The position numbers and the translations under genes were made by a program. A stretch of 64,000 nt of DNA from Deltaproteobacteria bacterium (GTDB lineage: Bacteria > Myxococcota_A > Polyangia > Fen-1088). Positions 40,752-49,602 of this stretch are shown here, piece after piece (positions within the stretch are counted from its first letter, which is position 1; each line of letters opens with the position of its first letter). Where the stretch lies: NCBI GenBank assembly GCA_033763315.1, contig JANRKS010000007.1:96001-160000 (forward strand). Direction: 5' to 3'. The notes under the pieces were generated by a model, which was not told the origin of the DNA, did not search any database, and saw nothing but the letters and a program-made list of their open reading frames with translations.

Positions 40752-41308
40752 TTGGCTGCGGGAAAACTAATAAGGTTTGGTTAGTTAGACAAGTTTTCTC
40801 TGCCGGTGGCTTGCAATCTGCATTGTTTCGTAAGGGGACGCGAGGACAGCGGGTTCCGAGCGTGCCGCCGCCAAGACGTGCGGCCCTGACAGTAAGCCCG
40901 AGTGCGGGCGGCCTCACGGTCATTCAGTAGGTGACCATCATCGTTGACGACGAGACCTTGGGCGAAGACGCCCCGTTGCTCGCGCAGCCGCTTGCTGCCG
41001 CCACCGCTGGCCTGACCCAAGCCGGGCCTGCACAACGGCGCGCGCCCCTGCCCTTGGCCTTATCTGCCAACGACTTGCCCAAAGCGATGGGTCACCTGTG
41101 CGCCAAGCATTTGAGCTTTAACCGCACGCAGCCACCCGTATGGCGGCTCGATTGGTGTAACTAACTTCCCCCGAAACGGTTCCCCCGATGGCCCTTGTCC
41201 GCCCCACGAAAATCACCCTCAGCTCCCTCTTTGACCGACCAATCCGCCCAGCTTCTCACGCGCCTTGCCGCCTCTCCCTTTGCTCCGCCCCGCCAAAACA
41301 CCTTTGAT

Positions 41309-43231
41309 TTACCTATCGGCGTGCACCGGCAACTTCACCGACGGCGGAATCTGTAGAGTCTTGACGCCGCGGCCCCAGCAAATTGTCTCGCCCGAAGGCC
41401 GTTTTCCACACTCACTATCGGCGCCCATCCAAAAGGCTGTAAAGAGCCCTTTTTCCGGGTACGGCTGAGTTCCGTCATACTCGAAAAGATACGAGCGCGT
41501 GACGGCCCAGCCTCTTTCGTCCGCCTTTGTGAGAGCCCCACCGAAGTAGCGCCCATCGCTAGCGAAGTTGACCAGCTCTTGGCCTGGCTCGCTTTCCTCC
41601 TTATCTCCCTTTCGGTTCATACAAATCATTCGCTTGTTGGCCGTCAAGCCGCACACGAAGTCAGCGCCACAAAGAATGTCGACGAAAGTGCCGGGAGGAA
41701 CCTTGGGGGTGTCGCCCCAACAAACGATGTGACCGTCTTCCGCCAAAGCGCAGGCATGGACGTGTCGTTGGCTGTTGGCCAGCAATTCGTCTGTTTGTGA
41801 AATCCAACGACCGCCACCGCAAAGCTTCGTGTATCTTGCCGCAGGCACCTGTTCTTTGGCCCAATCGTGGCCTCGAACTTCAATGTGGCCATCAGGCATC
41901 AGCGACAGCGTCGCCAAGGGAGCTGGGTAGGCGGCCTTGGCGCCGGCCACAACAGACGCTTGCGTCCAACCATCAACGGTAAAGCATTCAGGTTTTCCAT
42001 CAACGGTGTCTCCGCACACGCCTTGTTCATGCACGTAGAGGTTGGAGAATCGCAAATCAGGAACGCGAAAAGGTGGAAAGGGTCTTTCTTGTCCACCACG
42101 CATGCAAGTGGCTCGGCCGTCCTTGAGCACCACGCACAGATTCGTCGCACTGCCCGCCATAGTCGCTACGTCGGGGTAGAATCCCGGCCCATCGCCCTGT
42201 ACCGTGTGCACCCAGCACACAAGTGGGAAAGGTGCCTTTGAGGCGCTCGCTTCAACACCACAGCGAAGCGAGCTTTCGGCATGGCGATTTTCCGTGGGCG
42301 GGGTAGCTTGACCACGATCGTTGTAGCCCCAGCAGGCAACACGATCATCAGCTGCGATCGCACAAGTGTGTAAGGCTCCTGCCTGCACGTTCTTCCACTT
42401 GCCAGGAACCGCGACCGATTGGCCACACTCCCACTCAAGCTCTTTGCAAGGCGCCGTCGTTTTGCCGGCGCCCCAGCACGTCAGTTCGCCATCCATCGTG
42501 ACGCCACAGGAATGATACCGGCCCGCTGTCACTTGTTTGAATTTGCCACGTGGCGGTTTACTTTGACCATGGCTGTTGGATCCGCCGCAGTGAACGGTTG
42601 AAGAAGCATCGAGAGCGCAAACGTGGTGACCGCCAACCGCTACCTGTGTGAACTTGCCTTCGAGTGCCTGGACCCGCTCACAATACATCGTGCCGTCGGA
42701 GCGGATTGCACACGCGCCGAACTCGCCGCCTGCGATTGATATGAAGGGGCCTTTGATGGACTCGTCCTCTCCGACTGAACTGCTGATGTTTCCGTCGTCC
42801 TCAAGTATCCAGTCGTTCCTATTGTGATTTCCAGCAGGGACCTCTACCCAGTCCTTTACGGCGCGTGTTTTGATACGACCGAAGACTATGGAACCTGCGT
42901 GATCTGGTTCCGAGAGAAAGGAACTGCGTTGCTCGGTTATCAGCACCGGGCCTTCGTCGATGCATGACAATTTTTTTAGCATGATGACTGGTGCCTCGAC
43001 GAAATCAGGCATACCCCAAACCACCGCGCTTCCGTCCTTGCGCAAGCCGCAGCTGACGTGTTGGCCAGCCGACAGCTGAGTCAATTGAATGCCAAAAGTC
43101 ACACCAGTCACTCCGGTGCCCGCAGGCACTGACGTGGAGGCTTGCCCTGTTCCTTGACGAAGGTTGGGTTGCAGCGGCTTATTTCTGCAACCCGTGACAA
43201 GGCAGATTACAACCAGCAAAAAAACTCTCAA
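41309..43231 (-). CDS. RCC1/BLIP-II-repeat lipoprotein
   Basis: LVTGC lipobox and repeated (V/L)xAGxxHxC(A/G)...G.(V/L).CWG.N..GQ units. Confidence 0.8.
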   Translation of the reverse strand: MRVFLLVVICLVTGCRNKPLQPNLRQGTGQASTSVPAGTGVTGVTFGIQLTQLSAGQHVSCGLRKDGSAVVWGMPDFVEAPVIMLKKLSCIDEGPVLITEQRSSFLSEPDHAGSIVFGRIKTRAVKDWVEVPAGNHNRNDWILEDDGNISSSVGEDESIKGPFISIAGGEFGACAIRSDGTMYCERVQALEGKFTQVAVGGHHVCALDASSTVHCGGSNSHGQSKPPRGKFKQVTAGRYHSCGVTMDGELTCWGAGKTTAPCKELEWECGQSVAVPGKWKNVQAGALHTCAIAADDRVACWGYNDRGQATPPTENRHAESSLRCGVEASASKAPFPLVCWVHTVQGDGPGFYPDVATMAGSATNLCVVLKDGRATCMRGGQERPFPPFRVPDLRFSNLYVHEQGVCGDTVDGKPECFTVDGWTQASVVAGAKAAYPAPLATLSLMPDGHIEVRGHDWAKEQVPAARYTKLCGGGRWISQTDELLANSQRHVHACALAEDGHIVCWGDTPKVPPGTFVDILCGADFVCGLTANKRMICMNRKGDKEESEPGQELVNFASDGRYFGGALTKADERGWAVTRSYLFEYDGTQPYPEKGLFTAFWMGADSECGKRPSGETICWGRGVKTLQIPPSVKLPVHADR

Positions 43232-43250
43232 TGGATTTTAAACCTCATGC

Positions 43251-45770
43251 TCAAACGCTCAGGAATTTTTCGTTGAATGATCGTTTCACGATTACTTTTC
43301 CATCACCGTAGACGTCCAAGTTGAGAGTTGAACTGATCGTGGCCCACGACCCGGCAGGGGCGCGGTGGGGCCCCTCTAACTTCACGTATTCACCCTTCGC
43401 AAGGCGAACGGACCCATCCGGAGGAAGCTTGAGCCAGCTGGCACCCGTGCTACTGGATATCGAGAAACTCCCCGTCCACATCATTGCGGTTGGAGGCATA
43501 CGAGCGCCTTTGTACTCGATGCCGACGTAAACGTCTTTTTCGCTTCCGTCCCCCGCGAAGGCCACCTTGGCCACGAACGTACCAAACAAAATCTCATGCA
43601 ATGCTTGCTCCTGCGCAGAAGCATCTGCCCTCAGCAACATTAACGGTTTACCGCCGGACCAATCGGGCACTTCGTCATCGTTGCCATCGCCCCATGGGGT
43701 GTGCCTGAGGAATACCTTTACATCATCGTAGTGGGCCGCGACCCGAGTCCCGACCTCCTTAACGGCCAAGCTTGCCAACACGAAGAGGATGCCGACGCCA
43801 GTGCCGCTTAAGACGGCACCCCCTGCAATGCCGAGCATCGCTCCTGCAGCACCAACTGCAGACGCGGCGACAGCGCCGTTGTTGCGTTTCGCAAAGCCGT
43901 CCTTGATGTTGAGCACGCAATCGACACTATCGAGCAACAACGCCACGGGAGTGAGCTTCGCTCCCTTAAAGATCCCCCGGCTCCAAGTGATTTCCGGAAG
44001 ACGGTACTTCCCGACCATGGAGGACAGACTTCCGTAGAAGCCAACGGCTCCGTAGAGGGCCGTCCACGCTTCGCGACCTTCCCGTTTTTCCCAAAATGTG
44101 TCGACGTTTACGATCAGGTTCGCGAGCTGGCCCGCAAGGCTCAACGTATCGAGGTTCGCGTCACGCAGTTTTGCCAGCGGTGACTTGGGATCGGAACTTG
44201 CAGTCGTGATTCTGCTTTTGAACGCCGTCCAGCGACGTTGGTCTTTCGCCCGGACCACTGGAAGTGCAATCTGCATCCAGGCCCCCCACACCTTCTTCGC
44301 CTTACCGGCCGGCGTGGTTATCGCATCGAGGCGGGCCTTTAGTAAGTCGGCGAGTCCTTCGTCCTTGTGTGGCGTCAAGCGCGGCAACAGGCGCAGCAGA
44401 TAATCGTCAGTACCCCCTATCCCCCGAGTGTCTAAAAGGCAAGCCATGGCCACGGCCTCAAGGTGATCTATGCGTTCTTCATCACCAAGATGGTCGTCGA
44501 AAAGTCCCGCGAAAGCGTTGCCGAACCCTCCCATGGGCGGCCCGGGGGGCAAAGAGATTTTTGACGCGGGCGAAGACGCGAGCTCCTTCATGGTGCAGTC
44601 AGATACGATATACGTGTCAGCTTGCGGCCAGGCTGCTTCCACAAAAAGGTTGTTGCCAAGCGACGGCAACGAGAACGGCAACTTGCACTGCCGTTGTGGC
44701 ACGCCGATCCAACGAACAACGGCCGTACCCGCGAACTCTAAAGCCGCGCGCAGTCTTCGCGACTTGGCCTCCTTGGACAGAAAATAATATGAGAGCCCGT
44801 TGCCATCAATCGGGCGCGCGTCGGTCGAGGTGCGGGCGATCTGGCCGAGCGAAACAAGTTCCTCGAGGTCTTGATCGCCTTGCACCAGAGCGCGCACATG
44901 GCAGGCCACTCGATATTGGGCGTCGGTCGCCAGGCGACTTGTCTCGGCAAGCCAATCTTGATTAAGGCGCTGAAAAATCTGCGCGCGCAGTATCGCTTCG
45001 TCCAGCGGATCAAATAGATGCACTCTGAAAATCTGCGAAATTCCCGCAGGTGAATTTATATCCAGCGGCACGAAACGTTTTTCAGACTTCGGGGAGGCTG
45101 TGTCGGTTGTGAAGGGGTCCCACAGGGGCACGAGCCGATTTGTGACAGCCGCGATTGCCTTCTTGGCGTCACTGCCGAATCCTTCCCTGAGATCTTGCCG
45201 CACTTTCTGGGGCAGCGGAAACGGCGCCAACATGAAGAAGTAGCAGTCGTGCATTGCACATTGATTTTGTGTGCACGACAATGCGCTCAAAGCCAACCTC
45301 GTCTCTTTGGGCCCCGTTGGCACTCCCTGGGCATCGCAGTGCTGAAATGACCCGTTCTCGAAATGCAGTTCATGCTCCAGCACCAAACCTTCGCGCAGGT
45401 TGTTCTTGGCCTTGAACACGTAAACGCGCTTGTTGTTGATCGGTTGGCTCGCCTCACGATCAAACGTGCGCATGAAAACGCGAACTTGATTTTCGGCATG
45501 CCACTCGCATTCCATTCCGCGGTAAACCCCACCCATCAAACGCATGTTTGGCGAGAGCCGCTGGCCATGGTCGTCGGTGCCCTCTTGTACTCCAAAGAAA
45601 CGATAGATGGTGGCAACTCGTGGACCGTCGTCGCCCCTGACCAGGTATTGCCGGCTCCACGGGTTCCATTGCAGATCATACAAACGATCTATCTGCCGAA
45701 ATGTGACCACCACGTTCACGATCGCTGACTGAATGCCTCGCTTATCCGCGGGTTGTTGAGCGTCAGTCAT
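43251..45770 (-). CDS. Putative secreted membrane-targeting toxin (VasX/BTH_I2691-like architecture)
   Basis: About 840 aa with no signal peptide, V.LFDP motif, Gly/Ala-rich hydrophobic helices near the C-terminus followed by FLRHTPWG. ATGA-coupled to the upstream gene. Confidence 0.55.
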   Translation of the reverse strand: MTDAQQPADKRGIQSAIVNVVVTFRQIDRLYDLQWNPWSRQYLVRGDDGPRVATIYRFFGVQEGTDDHGQRLSPNMRLMGGVYRGMECEWHAENQVRVFMRTFDREASQPINNKRVYVFKAKNNLREGLVLEHELHFENGSFQHCDAQGVPTGPKETRLALSALSCTQNQCAMHDCYFFMLAPFPLPQKVRQDLREGFGSDAKKAIAAVTNRLVPLWDPFTTDTASPKSEKRFVPLDINSPAGISQIFRVHLFDPLDEAILRAQIFQRLNQDWLAETSRLATDAQYRVACHVRALVQGDQDLEELVSLGQIARTSTDARPIDGNGLSYYFLSKEAKSRRLRAALEFAGTAVVRWIGVPQRQCKLPFSLPSLGNNLFVEAAWPQADTYIVSDCTMKELASSPASKISLPPGPPMGGFGNAFAGLFDDHLGDEERIDHLEAVAMACLLDTRGIGGTDDYLLRLLPRLTPHKDEGLADLLKARLDAITTPAGKAKKVWGAWMQIALPVVRAKDQRRWTAFKSRITTASSDPKSPLAKLRDANLDTLSLAGQLANLIVNVDTFWEKREGREAWTALYGAVGFYGSLSSMVGKYRLPEITWSRGIFKGAKLTPVALLLDSVDCVLNIKDGFAKRNNGAVAASAVGAAGAMLGIAGGAVLSGTGVGILFVLASLAVKEVGTRVAAHYDDVKVFLRHTPWGDGNDDEVPDWSGGKPLMLLRADASAQEQALHEILFGTFVAKVAFAGDGSEKDVYVGIEYKGARMPPTAMMWTGSFSISSSTGASWLKLPPDGSVRLAKGEYVKLEGPHRAPAGSWATISSTLNLDVYGDGKVIVKRSFNEKFLSV

Positions 45771-47152
45771 AGCACCGGACCCGTCGTGTCGATCCAACCC
45801 ACAGCATCATCTATCGCAGCAAGGCCCTGTTCCCCCTCAGCGACGTGGTGCCGATCGAACTCTTCTGTACGCGGTTGATCGACAATCTCAATAAACGTGC
45901 GTCCAAGGAAGACCTGGCTTTGGCGACCGCAGCCGTCGATCCTCTCTAAATCGTAAACTGCGTCTAAGAGAAGCTCGTCAAACTCAAGTTGCAAGAGATC
46001 GTCGCCCGGCACCAAGTCATCCTTTGGCGTGCGCTTCTTTTGATAACGTCCATCGGTGCTGCGCAACACGTATTGCGGATGTTCCATGTCATCCAGCGGC
46101 TCGTGAGTCGCGAACGCGATCGTCATCACGGGTGGATAGACGCAGTAAAGGTTTTGCTGGTTCACCAAGCCGGTTACGGGGGGGCCGCCCGCCACCACAA
46201 TGAGCCGATCGTGCCCGTCTTTTCGGTCCGATGGTTCGCCCTTCCCTTGGGTTCCGGGCCCCTGTTTGCCTTTGCGATCAGGTAGCTGCGGAAATTCAAT
46301 CATTACAGGTCCCTGTTTGGATACCGGTTCCATTCGGAGAAAGCCCGCCGAATCCAATGTGCCACTAAGCGCGGCGCCATCGCTGTCCTTGCCGCTCACG
46401 GAACAGTCCGAAATCGGGCGGCCATGCGGATCGCAGACTTTGATTTCCACCCAACCTTTTTCAAGTTGCTTACGTTCGTCAACCCATTTTTTGAGTTGAG
46501 CCGGCGTCATGGCCTGTTCGGCGGATGCGCCTTCGACCGATGGCGCACGAACTTTCTGCAGAAGGAACAGCGCATTGCCGGTTGGATGCTGCGATGGATG
46601 CGAGATGGCGCTTTCAAGGCGGGTCCACGTTGTTTTATCCAGGGCAGCATTCTTAGATCGCGCCAAGGCGCCAAGGATTTCGTGCGCTTGTTGTGGCCGC
46701 ATGGCTTCAAAGTCGCCACTTCGAATGGCCTCGGCGTATATCTCACTCATCACAAGTCTGTAAGTTCTGCCAGAAAACAAGAAGGGGTTGCCAAACGCAC
46801 TCCAAAACCGTCGGGCCGCCGAATACAGCACGTCGCTGCCAGACCCTTGCTCGCCACCAGTTAGCAGCTGACTTGGTAGAACCAGCATTCGGCGGTCAAG
46901 GATGCCTTCCATTACCCAGTCTATGGCCGCGTCGAAGTTTCCCACCTCTATGCCCGGTCCCAGATGAGCCTCAGCGAATTCGGAGACCTTCCACGGATCG
47001 AGCCGATACTCGTCATACTGTTCGCGCACGATCTGGGCTGCCAACACCGGCTCCCAGGCGTGACGTTGCACTCCATCGGGCACTTGATACCAACAGGCGA
47101 CGGCGAGCCGTCTGTCGAACGCATCAAAAAATAGGTACTTGGCGGACGGCAT
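45767..47152 (-). CDS. Hypothetical protein with TTR/carboxypeptidase-regulatory-like domain (T6SS-associated type)
   Basis: TPAQLK...WVEIKVCDPHGRPISD......SDG...SGTLDSAG......GPVMIEFP. Start at 47152 or 47215. Confidence 0.55.
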   Translation of the reverse strand: MPSAKYLFFDAFDRRLAVACWYQVPDGVQRHAWEPVLAAQIVREQYDEYRLDPWKVSEFAEAHLGPGIEVGNFDAAIDWVMEGILDRRMLVLPSQLLTGGEQGSGSDVLYSAARRFWSAFGNPFLFSGRTYRLVMSEIYAEAIRSGDFEAMRPQQAHEILGALARSKNAALDKTTWTRLESAISHPSQHPTGNALFLLQKVRAPSVEGASAEQAMTPAQLKKWVDERKQLEKGWVEIKVCDPHGRPISDCSVSGKDSDGAALSGTLDSAGFLRMEPVSKQGPVMIEFPQLPDRKGKQGPGTQGKGEPSDRKDGHDRLIVVAGGPPVTGLVNQQNLYCVYPPVMTIAFATHEPLDDMEHPQYVLRSTDGRYQKKRTPKDDLVPGDDLLQLEFDELLLDAVYDLERIDGCGRQSQVFLGRTFIEIVDQPRTEEFDRHHVAEGEQGLAAIDDAVGWIDTTGPVL

Positions 47153-47275
47153 GACTCGGGCAGTCTGATCCACGAAGGGCGCTGCGGCAATCGATATGGA
47201 CTCGCATCTAGACATGTTGTGGCGACGTTGGTAGCCTCGGCGCAGCTTGTTCGAATGTTTGCGAGGAAATTGAGA

Positions 47276-49348
47276 ATGCTGAAGCCTAGCCTTTTGTTCG
47301 GTGCGTTGTTCGCGATAGCCGTGCTCACATTTGGGGCCTGTTCCAAAGAGTCGGAGACACGCCCTTGCAATCCCGGCACTGTGTTTCTGCAATTCGTGTG
47401 TTCTAAGGCGTTGGGCGAGGTCAACGCCACCGCGGAACTTGAAGGCTTGGCGGGTCAAAGGTCGTCGAAGTCCTTCAACTTCAACTGCCCGGGTACCTAT
47501 AGCCTGGAGGTTAAAGTCACAGGCTACGAAACCGGCGGCAAGATCAATGCCTTGGTCAACGCGACCGCTGGCGACGGGATTTTGCTCAAGGACAAATCGG
47601 TCGAGATACCGTTGCAAGATGGGTGCACTAGATTTGATCTGGAACTGGATGCCTCCGACGCACTAGACGCGGCGGTGGTGATGAACAGTGAAGATGGCGG
47701 CACTTTGACGGGCAACGATGGGGCCGCGACAACTGATGCCGATTCCACCTCAATGGGAGTCGCCCGGGGCGGATCCTGTGCGCGCGACGAACAATGCATT
47801 GATGGTCATTGCGTCGACGGCGTCTGCTGCGACACAGCTTGCGATGGCGTGTGCATGGCCTGCACCAACGAAAAGACCGGCAGCCAAACGGGCCAATGTT
47901 CGGCGACAAAATCAGGCGTGAAGCACAGCAAGTGCGTTGCCACTGAGCCAACGTCGTGCGGCACCGACGGCGCGTGTAACGGCGCCGGGAAGTGCAGTTT
48001 CTGGGACAGCACGAATGAATGCTCAGCGGCCACATGCAGCAGTGGCGACTACGTGCCAGCCCGAAAGTGCAACGGCGCGGGTGCCTGCCAGGCAGCGGCA
48101 CCCAGCAAGTGTGGTGAATACGCTTGCACAGGCGAGGGATGCAAAACCAATTGCAGCGTTGCAGGCGATTGCTCTGCGGGTGTGCAATGTATCGGCGGGA
48201 AATGCGGAGGCAAGCGCGCCTTAGGCGACGCTTGTTCCACCAACAGCGAGTGCACAAGCCCGGGATATTGCGTGGACGGAGTTTGTTGCGGCGCAAAGTG
48301 TGACGGCAAATGCGAAGCCTGCAGTGCGACGCTGACGGGCGGTAACAATGGAGAGTGTCTGCCGGTGCCTGCAGCCAAAGGCAATCAAGCCGATTGCTCG
48401 GTTCAATCGGCCGCAAGCTGTGGGATGACTGGGCGTTGCGATGGTGCCCGGAAGTGCGAGCTGCACGCCGCTGGGACGGAATGCGTAGGGCAAACGTGCT
48501 CGGGCGCAGGATACGCTCCCGCTCGTAAGTGTGACGGGGCCGGGAGTTGTCTCCCCGTTAGCGTGATGAGTTGTGGAACCCACATCTGCGCCGCAGGAAA
48601 CTGCAAGAATCCTTGCGCGTCTGACAATGACTGCATCTCTGGTAACTTCTGCAGCAACGGGACCTGTACGGCCAAGCGTGACAATGGGGCTTCCTGCAAC
48701 GGAGGCGGTAACCAATGTGCGAGCGGCATTTGCTCGAGTTCAGTGTGTTGCAACTCAGCATGCAGCGGAAGCTGTAACAGTTGCAAGTCAGGAACCTGTT
48801 CGAATGTCTGTCAGAATGTGACAGTCGGCCTGAACAACAACATCAGCGGGCACCTGCATACTGCTTACGGCGCAGTCTCGAAGCGCGAAATTTTCCAAGT
48901 GGGCGACACCGAACTGCAAATTGATGGCTACAGCATCGCTTACTTTAGCTTCGATGTGTCCTCCATCCCATTCGGGTACACAGCGACGGCGGCAACACTC
49001 TCGTTCATAGTCTCTGACTGTAATATGAACGCCTTCGCGCTCGGGAATATGACGGTTGAACCTCTGGATTACGGAACGACTTTTGAGCCGGCAGATGCGT
49101 TGATCGCAGCAACGGCGACTGGAAAAGTGGTGGCGAGGTCAGAAAGCGACGTCGGCACTATCTCAATCGATGTTCTCGATTGGGTGAACAAAGACTTAAC
49201 GGCCCGCCACTCGAACCTCAGTCAGTACAGAATTCGATTTGCGACGACGCAGAATAACGACGGTCGCAATACTTCTTGCGCGATACCGAATTCCACGTTC
49301 ATTGCCCCAGTGGTTCCTTCTCTTTCCATGTCTGTAAGACAGCCGTAA
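47276..49348 (+). CDS. Cys-rich myxobacterial-type lipoprotein with C-terminal beta-sandwich (DNRLRE-like)
   Basis: FGAC lipobox, about 2.3 copies of a CVDGVCC-containing repeat, C-terminal YFSFDVSSIP.....AATL. Confidence 0.75.
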   Translation: MLKPSLLFGALFAIAVLTFGACSKESETRPCNPGTVFLQFVCSKALGEVNATAELEGLAGQRSSKSFNFNCPGTYSLEVKVTGYETGGKINALVNATAGDGILLKDKSVEIPLQDGCTRFDLELDASDALDAAVVMNSEDGGTLTGNDGAATTDADSTSMGVARGGSCARDEQCIDGHCVDGVCCDTACDGVCMACTNEKTGSQTGQCSATKSGVKHSKCVATEPTSCGTDGACNGAGKCSFWDSTNECSAATCSSGDYVPARKCNGAGACQAAAPSKCGEYACTGEGCKTNCSVAGDCSAGVQCIGGKCGGKRALGDACSTNSECTSPGYCVDGVCCGAKCDGKCEACSATLTGGNNGECLPVPAAKGNQADCSVQSAASCGMTGRCDGARKCELHAAGTECVGQTCSGAGYAPARKCDGAGSCLPVSVMSCGTHICAAGNCKNPCASDNDCISGNFCSNGTCTAKRDNGASCNGGGNQCASGICSSSVCCNSACSGSCNSCKSGTCSNVCQNVTVGLNNNISGHLHTAYGAVSKREIFQVGDTELQIDGYSIAYFSFDVSSIPFGYTATAATLSFIVSDCNMNAFALGNMTVEPLDYGTTFEPADALIAATATGKVVARSESDVGTISIDVLDWVNKDLTARHSNLSQYRIRFATTQNNDGRNTSCAIPNSTFIAPVVPSLSMSVRQP

Positions 49349-49408
49349 GGCGCGCTTTAGGACAAGGTACTATCGCGCCTAGGGGGTTCCGCGGGTTACA
49401 ACGCTGCA

Positions 49409-49423
49409 GCGGCACAGCCACGA
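49409..49423 (+). repeat. 15-bp direct repeat, copy 2
   Basis: GCGGCACAGCCACGA, identical to 40737-40751. Confidence 0.6.
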
Positions 49424-49602
49424 GCTTGGCCTCCCCAGTTGCTGGACACGCAGGGCGCGGCTGGAGCAGATGGCAGGGCGCCCAATCGAACCTAACTTAC
49501 GGCGCGTTACCTCGAACGTGACACAAAATTCGGCGCAACGGACTGACCCGAGAGGCCTCGGCGCGCGCGATCGACAACATGGACACGGTGCATCCTCGGA
49601 AC

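Noticed and set aside
40765-40795. Integron attI/attC interpretation of GTTAGAC
   Set aside because: There is no integron integrase, no complementary RYYYAAC hairpin at attC distance and no cassette array.
40931-41164. 77-aa ORF in the island gap
   Set aside because: It has a weak GTG start, low complexity and no recognisable motif, so it was not called as a CDS.
47153-47617. N-terminal extension of the 616-aa minus-strand ORF
   Set aside because: It overlaps the well-supported plus-strand lipoprotein gene. The real start is more likely 47152 or 47215.
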